The notes below the pieces were generated by a model, which was not told the origin of the DNA, did no database searches, and worked only from the letters and a program-made list of their open reading frames with translations. A stretch of 64,000 nt of DNA, taken from the IMG/VR virus record IMGVR_UViG_3300005289_000052, positions 179,670-243,669 of that record. One strand, 5' to 3'. The stretch's first letter is position 1. Each line of letters opens with the position of its first letter. Positions 17,172-24,327 of this stretch are shown in pieces. The position numbers and the translations under genes are program-made.

Positions 17172-17608
17172 GTTCATTCCTCGAATATGGCTCCGGCTTG
17201 CTTCCCGCCGCAAAGACGGTTCACTAACTCATGTGTAGCCAGACGACCCGCCGGAGAGGTCTTTAACTAGATGCACCAGTATCCCTGAGGTTCCGAAGAA
17301 GGCAGGTACACGATGCAACTCCACTGGACTACGAGTTTGGGTGATCCTCTCGGCAGATTCCCGCCGAGTTAATGCTGTGGGCCGCGGGGAGGGTTCGCTC
17401 AAAAGGCAACCAAAGCGGCTCTACTGCAAAGGATCGTAATCAACTTCCCTCGCACTGAGTGGATTGCTCAGCACTTATTTTCCTTGATCCCCAGGGACGG
17501 TAGGGACATCGACTCGGTGCCTGGCTACCCTTCCACAGGGCTGCTGGTAACGTTGTCTCACAAGGTAAAACCACCGTATCGCCAGCAAGGGTCGTTGCGG
17601 TGTTAAAA

Positions 17609-17684
17609 TGGCGGAGGGTAGTGGGATCGAACCACTGCATGATGGAATCAAAGTCCATTGCCTTACCAACTTGGCTAACCCTCT
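17609..17684 (-). tRNA. tRNA-Gln(UUG)
   Basis: ATGGA-CTTTGAT-TCCAT, GCCA end, 1:72 mismatch. Confidence 0.92.
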
Positions 17685-17834
17685 CTGAAATTTTTACCTC
17701 GCCGCTAAGCACGACACCTAGCGACTTATTATTACCGTGACCCCGGATCAAGGGTTGTCGATCAGGTTCGTTACGCCTGGCCCTACACGGTAAAACCCAT
17801 TGCAAAATCCCTAGGGCTATCACAATGTTAAAAG

Positions 17835-17919
17835 TGGTGGATGATCTAGGACTCGAACCTAGGGTGTATCAATGTGCCGATTTACAGTCGGTTGTCTTCG
17901 CCGCTCGACGCAATCATCC
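17835..17919 (-). tRNA. tRNA-Tyr(GUA)
   Basis: CCGA-CTGTAAA-TCGG, long variable arm, ACCA end. Confidence 0.93.
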
Positions 17920-18196
17920 AGTAAAGCTGACAGTGTTGCGCATCGAAGCGCTGCTGGTTCCCGGACCGCACCAGCTTTCCATTAACGACGGCTGACGCGT
18001 TGTCAGCTATGGCCCTCGTTAATGACTCCCCAGGAGTACACCGCCTCAAAATGGTGCCCCGTTTCCCTATTACGGGAATCTGTTCGACTGACTCCGTGAG
18101 AGGAGAGTCTAGGTTACACGGACTCAATGTCTCCACCCCGAAAGGTTCATGACACGAACTCCCATGGCCTCAGACCAGGACGTGAAACTAAGAATG

Positions 18197-18327
18197 TGGC
18201 CCCGCTACCTGGATTCGAACCAGGGACCTCCCGACGGGCACGCGTGTTCAAACGTTCTCACCGCAGCGCGGCTATTAACGTAACCGCATGTCAGACGAGT
18301 GCTCTATACCAACTGAGCTATAGCCGG
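18197..18327 (-). ncRNA. tRNA-like RNA (GAC/Val-like) with a 53-nt insertion in the anticodon loop
   Basis: Canonical TAGCTCAGTTGGTATAGAGC D arm, CCTGG-TTCGAAT-CCAGG T arm, GCCA end; insert at 18236-18288. Confidence 0.75.
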
Positions 18328-18330
18328 GAA

Positions 18331-18567
18331 TGAGAGAGACCGCTACCCCGATCTACGGACTGTGATACTCCAAGGGACTCAGGCGAAAGGGAACCGAAAG
18401 CCTGAGAACTGCGGTATGCAAGCGCAGTTTGTCTATTACCCCGGAGACGGGTCACGTGCAGTATGTTGGGTGTGTGGGGTCCGTCAAGTCTCCACGTTCC
18501 CCCTTGGTGGCGAAACCAAGAGCGTGCTGGAACTTTCCCTTCAACCTGCTTCGCGTCATTTCTCTCA
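18331..18567 (-). ncRNA. Candidate structured leader RNA of the tRNA operon
   Basis: Ends pair (TGAGAGA/TCTCTCA); several internal hairpins; no credible ORF. Confidence 0.4.
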
Positions 18568-18595
18568 TGATATCATTGAGCTATGTATTTTTTTA
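18567..18595 (-). promoter_or_regulatory. Putative middle-type promoter driving the tRNA/ncRNA operon
   Basis: AAAAAAATACAT resembles phiKZ middle motif AAanntTAC, about 20 nt upstream of the RNA block and just past a terminator. Confidence 0.4.
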
Positions 18596-18610
18596 CTGTA
18601 CTAGTCAGGG

Positions 18611-18637
18611 CAAAAAAAAGAGGGCTCCGAAGAGCCC
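18611..18637 (-). terminator. Intrinsic terminator
   Basis: GGGCTC-TTCG-GAGCCC TCTTTTTTTT. Confidence 0.8.
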
Positions 18638-18645
18638 ACTACAGA

Positions 18646-19044
18646 TTAAGGGATTTCTGGGAAACCAATGATCTTGAGGATCAGGTTTCTCTTACGACGG
18701 TACCAGCCATCTGGCATCGCAGGAATTCCACGGGCGGCAGACTCTTGTCGAATCTTCTCATCGGTCTGGAATAGCAGCGGTACTGGGAAGTAGTGCCAAG
18801 CATTCGGTTGACCATAGCGCACCAGAGCGTGAGCAGCTTTACGGCTCCACTCTTTTATAGTGACTCCGAGACGCAGGTCTTCTTTGATCTGTTCTTGTAA
18901 CTCAGGTGGGGAGGCTGGGTTCAAGAGACTGATGTAATGGGTGCTCTTCTTCTTGGATCGTCGAGCAGCATAGATGACGCCACCAAGTTCGTGGTGTACC
19001 TGATTGCCGTTAGCGTAAGTGTGGGTGTAGTATTCGCGAGCCAT
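18646..19044 (-). CDS. Hypothetical early protein (132 aa)
   Basis: ORF track; sits between early promoter and terminator. Confidence 0.75.
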   Translation of the reverse strand: MAREYYTHTYANGNQVHHELGGVIYAARRSKKKSTHYISLLNPASPPELQEQIKEDLRLGVTIKEWSRKAAHALVRYGQPNAWHYFPVPLLFQTDEKIRQESAARGIPAMPDGWYRRKRNLILKIIGFPEIP

Positions 19045-19102
19045 GGTTAGATTACCTTCTAAGGTTAATAGGTCAGAGGTTGTAACACCAACTATTCACT
19101 CG

Positions 19103-19121
19103 GGTAATATACATCTGAAAG
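19103..19121 (-). promoter_or_regulatory. Early promoter
   Basis: CTTTCAGATGTATATTACC. Confidence 0.75.
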
Positions 19122-19178
19122 TTCTTTCAATCGACCCGAATAGGATGAGTGGGTTTTCTTTTATATGGGGTGTTCTTA

Positions 19179-19796
19179 ATGAACCGGTTACATCAATTGG
19201 TGGAGGAAGGGGAACTTTCTTATACCTACAGTCCTGAGGGCATAGACCTTCTGGATGCTGCGGGTGCCGAGGTACCCACTAAGGACATCTACATCTTGCT
19301 GACCGATACCAAAACTCTTGTGAGTAAGGTTAGTCGCATGGTGACTGGTGATCCGTACAACCATGTTTCCTTAATGCTCACCGATAACTTCGACGACGGG
19401 ATTTACACGTTCAGTCTGGGTAACGGGATCAATGGCATAAAAGGCGGCTTCATGGTTGAGGACCGTGCTAACCTGAAAGGGTCACGTTACTCGATGTATC
19501 GCCTGGGCGTCACACAGGGCGTGTACGACAAGATCAAAGCTCGGGTGACCGATTATGTCAATGGTGTAGAGAAGACCTCCTACAACCACCTGGGGCTGTT
19601 TAACGCCATCTTTAAGAAGAACATCTTCAAGTCAGAAGACGACCAGACCTCCATCTGTTCTGAGTTCGTGGTTGAAGTGCTAAAGTTCTCAGGCGTAGAA
19701 CTCTTTACCAAAAGATTCTCCAGCTCTGTAAGGCCTTACGAAATGATCAAGTCCAAGCTACTCAAGTTCCACAAGCGCGGCACCATCAAACCGTAA
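19179..19796 (+). CDS. Permuted papain-like (NlpC/P60, YiiX/YaeF C92-type) amidase/peptidase
   Basis: DIYILL, YNHVSL (His) N-terminal to SICSEFV (Cys); YNHLGL. Confidence 0.8.
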   Translation: MNRLHQLVEEGELSYTYSPEGIDLLDAAGAEVPTKDIYILLTDTKTLVSKVSRMVTGDPYNHVSLMLTDNFDDGIYTFSLGNGINGIKGGFMVEDRANLKGSRYSMYRLGVTQGVYDKIKARVTDYVNGVEKTSYNHLGLFNAIFKKNIFKSEDDQTSICSEFVVEVLKFSGVELFTKRFSSSVRPYEMIKSKLLKFHKRGTIKP

Positions 19797-19799
19797 CGT

Positions 19800-19842
19800 A
19801 GACCGGCTCACTTAGGTGGGTCGGTTTATGACGGCATAAAAG
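19800..19842. terminator. Terminator with back-to-back TTTATG(A/C)CG motifs
   Basis: ACCGGCTCAC-TTAG-GTGGGTCGGT TTATGACG overlapping CGGCATAAAA. Confidence 0.65.
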
Positions 19843-19854
19843 CTAAGCTCGAGG

Positions 19855-20377
19855 GAATCTCGACCCTACTCCCGATCGCCCACACCTTAGGGAGGTGGTG
19901 TGGCACGTCAGTTTCGCTGTGGAATCCCTGCGGCTTCGCTTTTATGTTTCTTACTTTCAGATAACGACGTAAGCTCGACGAGTCTAGGTTCAAGTTAGGG
20001 GTGCTCTCGAAGTCACCCAACGTAACCAACCCAGATCTGCCTCACGGTATCGCCCCGGTATCACACTGACACCATATCCTGACGCGGCTTTATCGGCTCG
20101 TCACTTTCAATACGACCACACGTCTACTGAAAGCGCATCCCGGTACCGATAACCGGTGCAACTCCCATGTCTACATGCCTTCGCAGTAGAAAGCGCAAGG
20201 GTCCTGATTGTTGTTTGCCGGAACTCCCCTCTGTGCCTGGCCACAAACTGATAACGAGCTGACGCATCAGTCCATGAAGTACGAATACTCGTACCAAGCT
20301 AAGAGTCCCCAACCAGAACCACATCTTCAACACATTCGTCACGGCGTTGCGCGTTGACCGTCGGATTCCCGAGATTC
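19855..20377 (-). ncRNA. Candidate large (~520 nt) structured ncRNA at the end of the PhuZ operon
   Basis: 5'/3' ends pair (GAATCTCGG/TCGAGATTC, then TCCGA/TCGGG); many hairpins with minus-strand G-U pairs; no credible ORF. Confidence 0.55.
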
Positions 20378-20397
20378 AATAATCGACTGGAGGTCTC

Positions 20398-20724
20398 CTA
20401 TACCTGACACATCCCTCGAACGTGTGGTAGTCGGATCACCGGTGCGGGACTCGCCCGCGCTGTCTTCTCATCGAACGCTGGCTCACCTAAGAGCCAAAGC
20501 ATCTCATCAACCCTGTTCCTCCAAAGATCACCTTGAAGAACCAGAGGCTCAGTGAACTGGTCAGTTCTACACCACAGACCAACTTCCTCAGCCTTAACGA
20601 GATGCGGGTTCCAGGAGCGCCAACGCTGATCGCTATCTTCGATAACTTCAACATTGTGCTCCAAGAATATCTGAGCAAGCAACGAACTCAACCCGAGACA
20701 GCCCCCAACAATGAGAACTCTCAA
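20398..20724 (-). CDS. Hypothetical protein with Rossmann-like N-terminal strand-loop-helix
   Basis: MRVLIVGGCLGLSSLLA; TTG start, AAGGA RBS. Confidence 0.55.
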   Translation of the reverse strand: MRVLIVGGCLGLSSLLAQIFLEHNVEVIEDSDQRWRSWNPHLVKAEEVGLWCRTDQFTEPLVLQGDLWRNRVDEMLWLLGEPAFDEKTARASPAPVIRLPHVRGMCQV

Positions 20725-20738
20725 ATGGTCGTCCTTAC

Positions 20739-20918
20739 TTAGCCCAAACCAATCCCCGAAGGACGGTTCTCAACCAGGTCTTGGTCGGGATCGTACTTCT
20801 TTTGAGGGTAAGGTTCGGCCCAAGGCTTTCCTTGACAACAGTCACAATGGAACGGCGTAGCGGGTGGTGCAGCCAACATCACGATGGTATTGCACTTATC
20901 GCAAGCGTACTCCCGCAT
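20739..20918 (-). CDS. 59-aa zinc-ribbon protein (not in ORF track)
   Basis: AGGAG RBS, MREYACDKCNT...FHCDCCQGK...GLG*; fills the gap directly after phuZ. Confidence 0.7.
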   Translation of the reverse strand: MREYACDKCNTIVMLAAPPATPFHCDCCQGKPWAEPYPQKKYDPDQDLVENRPSGIGLG

Positions 20919-20930
20919 GACGTTCTCCTT

Positions 20931-21896
20931 TTACAGAACCAGGAAGTCCTGGGTTGCAGCGTCTTTCTCGGTCACGAGGACTTTGGCAGAGCTGCGGCCT
21001 TCACGACGTTCCACGAATTGCTCGACCGTACGGTTAAGCGTGTCGTAAGATTGGCCAAGGAACTGCGTCGAAATGACGTAGTGCAGTTCGCTGACACCCT
21101 CGACCGGCGTCTGGAAGAAACCGGCGCAGGAGTATTCCGGCACTGGGCTTTGCAGTTGCGCTTGGTCGCGATCGGCGTACAGGCTTGCGATTGCGATTGG
21201 GTCCAGGATTTCCTTGACCTTCTCGGCGTCGCTGTAGATGTCCAGCAAGGCCAGTTGTGCTTCGACCGAAGTGGACTTGTTGAAACGCAGCCAGTGCAGA
21301 ACGTCCATGGTGTCCAGCTCGGCGTTCTGGCGGGAAGCCAGGTAGCGCAGGCAGGTGATGGCGAAGTGCAGTTGACCGTCGATGGTAGAACGCGTGGTGC
21401 CCTCGCCACTGTGGCGGTAGAAGGCAACGACCGGAACCTTGATACCGTTGGAGATCGCCGACAGCGACTTCAAGGTGTTCAGGCTGTTCTGTGCAGTGAT
21501 GGTGGACTCGGCGGAACCCGCACTGACCACGACCACAGCTTTGCCACGTTCCAGGAGTTCACGAACGATCAGCGGACCGATCACCGAACCCGAACCGCCC
21601 GAGGCGGAGAACACGACGATGTTGAAATCTTCTGGTGGCTGAGCCAACAGGATTTGCTTGATGCTGTCCGAGATGACCTGGTGGTTCTCGCGACGAACCT
21701 TACCGGAACCGTCAGTGCCTTCGAGCACGAAGATGGCTTCGGCTGGGATGGTGGTGTCCAGGTTGGAACGGCTGGTGTCTACGAAAGAGACCAGTGGGGT
21801 GGCGAAACCTGCGACTTCTTTCTGGCCGAGGTAACGTTTGGCGATGTTGTTGCCCAGACCGCCTGCACCGTAAATACGAACTTTGCCTTGAGACAT
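20931..21896 (-). CDS. phuZ: PhuZ phage tubulin
   Basis: GAGGLGNN, VDTSRSN, GSGKVR, ASGGSGSV tubulin signature, ELDTMD (T7 loop), acidic/hydrophobic C-tail. Confidence 0.95.
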   Translation of the reverse strand: MSQGKVRIYGAGGLGNNIAKRYLGQKEVAGFATPLVSFVDTSRSNLDTTIPAEAIFVLEGTDGSGKVRRENHQVISDSIKQILLAQPPEDFNIVVFSASGGSGSVIGPLIVRELLERGKAVVVVSAGSAESTITAQNSLNTLKSLSAISNGIKVPVVAFYRHSGEGTTRSTIDGQLHFAITCLRYLASRQNAELDTMDVLHWLRFNKSTSVEAQLALLDIYSDAEKVKEILDPIAIASLYADRDQAQLQSPVPEYSCAGFFQTPVEGVSELHYVISTQFLGQSYDTLNRTVEQFVERREGRSSAKVLVTEKDAATQDFLVL

Positions 21897-21954
21897 TGAA
21901 TCAATCCTTGCGTAAAGTGACGGAAGTGACTGTCGGGGTTCCCCAAACTAACAG

Positions 21955-22311
21955 TTACTGCTCAGGGAAACCCAGAGCAGCTCGAACCTCTGCATCAAGA
22001 CGCTCAATCAACGCCTTCACCTCATCGGCAACCCAATCGAACTGCCAGCCTTCTTTCAGAATGTGCTCAAGCTGGGAGATGGAAGCCTCTTCAGGGTCCC
22101 ATTGTCCTTCCAACCCATAACACGAACAGTGGCTACCGTAAACGGACCAAAGCTGGTTGTCCTTCTTGAATATCACAACGGCGTGTCCATCGTAGTCCTC
22201 GTACTCGTACGCGGCCAAGAGGATTTCAACGCCATCGAGATCTGCTTCACCGATGGAGAAGTCGTTAATCAAACCTTTCTGCTGAGTTTCGGCCCAGTTG
22301 TGCATATACAT
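21955..22311 (-). CDS. Conserved phage hypothetical protein with GSHCSCYG motif
   Basis: YEYEDYDG...YGSHCSCYGLE; GAGG RBS before ATG 22311. Confidence 0.75.
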   Translation of the reverse strand: MYMHNWAETQQKGLINDFSIGEADLDGVEILLAAYEYEDYDGHAVVIFKKDNQLWSVYGSHCSCYGLEGQWDPEEASISQLEHILKEGWQFDWVADEVKALIERLDAEVRAALGFPEQ

Positions 22312-22519
22312 GTAGCAATTCCTCAATGATTTTCGCGTCAAGTGCGAATGCTTCTTTTGCAAAGAGGCGTATCATCGTGGCGTTTTGCTATCTGGGAAAC
22401 CCGAACAATCAGAGAGCTGCATGTTCTCTCAATTCATAACACCACGGAATCTTTTTTTACAGAAGCTTAGGAAACCCCGGTCATTCTATGACCCTAGGTC
22501 CAACTTCTCCGAGGTCATT

Positions 22520-23335
22520 ATGAACCCGATTCAAAAAGCAATCTCGGACGTGAAGATGGCCATCCCTCGGCCTATCCTCGAACGCACGTTCATGAAACCG
22601 GACCCGTACGCTATGGGTACCCGGATGTCTTACAACCCAACGTCTCTGGATTTCCGGCTGCGCACCGCTGTTATTGAAGGCAACGTTCTGCCCGACTGTA
22701 ACTTGGTAGGTGGTACTGAGGTTACGATTCCTTTGGTTTCCGTAATTCCCCAGTGGGTCTCAGACTACAACGTGGTCTACCGCGTCCCAAAATCCTTGAC
22801 TCAAAACCGTAGTATCTTAAGACTGTTGCACCTGACCTTCGGTGATGGTGGTGTGGTCGGTAGTATGAACTTGGCTATCCAAGGTCGTTCTGCTTTGATG
22901 GACGGTGCTCAAGGTGTACTTCAGTCTCACCTGCCCATTCCGATTGTCTCGACCGCTAACCTTGAGTTGCTGGCTGAGAACGTCGTCTTGGTAAAAGACA
23001 ACATCACCATGCCTGGGAACCCGTTCCTGCGCTGTGTGGTAGAGGGTGACTCTGAACTCAACCACTTGCAACCAACCTCCTACAAAGCGTTCTCTAAGTT
23101 GGTGGTGTTGGCTACTAAGGCTTACATCTTCACTAACATCGCTCTGCCAATGGACCAAGCGGAACTGTCCGGCGGTATGGCGTTGGGGCGCTTCAAGGAA
23201 ATCGTCGATGGCTATGCGGATGCTTACGAGCAATACGAACAGTACTTCGAAGAGACTTGGCGCAAGGTTGCTATCTTCAACGACCCAGAGGCGAACAAGC
23301 GTCACCTCAAGTTGCTGACCGGTGGCCGGTGGTAA
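22520..23335 (+). CDS. Conserved chimallivirus virion protein (possibly neck/adaptor)
   Basis: GAGG RBS, ATG 22520, TATG late motif at ~22487; family recalled, not searched. Confidence 0.65.
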   Translation: MNPIQKAISDVKMAIPRPILERTFMKPDPYAMGTRMSYNPTSLDFRLRTAVIEGNVLPDCNLVGGTEVTIPLVSVIPQWVSDYNVVYRVPKSLTQNRSILRLLHLTFGDGGVVGSMNLAIQGRSALMDGAQGVLQSHLPIPIVSTANLELLAENVVLVKDNITMPGNPFLRCVVEGDSELNHLQPTSYKAFSKLVVLATKAYIFTNIALPMDQAELSGGMALGRFKEIVDGYADAYEQYEQYFEETWRKVAIFNDPEANKRHLKLLTGGRW

Positions 23336-23339
23336 GAGG

Positions 23340-23381
23340 CAAAAAAAAAAGAGCAGGGAACAACCCCTGCTCTTTATGCCG
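23340..23381. terminator. Bidirectional terminator
   Basis: A10-GAGCAGGG...CCCTGCTC-TTTATGCCG between convergent genes. Confidence 0.8.
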
Positions 23382-24257
23382 TTAGGCCGCTAGTGAAGGT
23401 CTCGGTTTACGTTCTTTGCTGAACATAAACTCCATACGGGACTTAATGACCTGGTTAAAGTCGTAAGCTGGGAACGCACGGTCGTCATGAAACCACTTGA
23501 AAGAGTACCCGCCAATTTCAGTGATGTCCTTGTCTGCCAGTTTCTTGGCAATCAGCTCAGCGTCGATGCCAGTCATCAGGTAGGCACCCTGGATGGAGTG
23601 GCACACGATGGTGCGGTTATCACCGTGGTCAACGCAACGGATCTTGTCGCCGCCTTTCAAAGGCTTCTCTGGTGGGACGTGTTTCTTCGGAGTATGTTTG
23701 GCTACGAACTCTTCGCGAGGGTTCTTGGCCATTTGATGGACTACGTCCGGCAGGGTCAACTTAGCAGCCAGATCCTGTACCGTCATGTCCATAGCCGAAG
23801 CCGCTACCTGTAGCGAAGGGTAGATGAACATACGGCCGGTGTGTTTCTGACAGACCAGGATTTGAGCACGCCACGAAGAACCACTAGGCTTTTCACGAGC
23901 CGGTGCATCCATCGCTCTAGAAAGCTGGTGACTGATGGTGGGGTTCAGTGTATTGCTGTCTTCCCAGAATAGATTGGAAGCCTTGCAGTTTTCTGGGTTC
24001 ATGTCACGATGGCCAGTAATCCACATCTGGTTACCATCGCCCACGGGTGGCGGACCGTTAAACAATTCGTTTACCAGATCCCCTAAGTACATCTCGGGAC
24101 TCCCGTGCATCTGGAGCTTAAGATAGCCGTCTTCGTCATTGCGACATTGGATCATCCGCCAACGGTTACCCAAACCTTCTTTGCGCACTCGCGCATTACC
24201 CGCATCGCTAACTTCATATTTGCGATTCTCGGGTACTGGTTCCCATCTTTCAGTCAT
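23382..24257 (-). CDS. NUMOD4 / HNH homing-endonuclease-like protein with C-terminal NUMOD1-like repeats
   Basis: ERWEPVP...YEVSDAGNAR; GHRDMNPENCKASNLFW; YPSLQVAA and HSIQGAY repeats. Confidence 0.75.
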   Translation of the reverse strand: MTERWEPVPENRKYEVSDAGNARVRKEGLGNRWRMIQCRNDEDGYLKLQMHGSPEMYLGDLVNELFNGPPPVGDGNQMWITGHRDMNPENCKASNLFWEDSNTLNPTISHQLSRAMDAPAREKPSGSSWRAQILVCQKHTGRMFIYPSLQVAASAMDMTVQDLAAKLTLPDVVHQMAKNPREEFVAKHTPKKHVPPEKPLKGGDKIRCVDHGDNRTIVCHSIQGAYLMTGIDAELIAKKLADKDITEIGGYSFKWFHDDRAFPAYDFNQVIKSRMEFMFSKERKPRPSLAA

Positions 24258-24287
24258 GGTAGTAACTCCAAGCGTTAGTTGTCACAT

Positions 24288-24307
24288 GGATGATATAGAT
24301 CTCAAAT
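24288..24307 (-). promoter_or_regulatory. Early promoter
   Basis: ATTTGAGATCTATATCATCC. Confidence 0.6.
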
Positions 24308-24327
24308 CTTTTTCAAGGTACTACGGT

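Noticed and set aside
13100-17530. CCTCCCCG(C/T) loops resembling HDV-like/theta ribozyme L3
   Set aside because: Could not build the P1/P1.1/P2 nested pseudoknot or place the catalytic C; kept only as a shared motif
18331-18567. AGGGAAAGTTCCAG resembling RNase P RNA conserved region I
   Set aside because: No matching 3' P4 strand (ACANAANNNNGCUUA) found; the segment can pair locally
12558-20390. tmRNA or group I intron as explanation of the non-coding blocks
   Set aside because: No Ala acceptor (G3:U70) with tag ORF and no recognisable P7 core by eye; a covariance search is still needed
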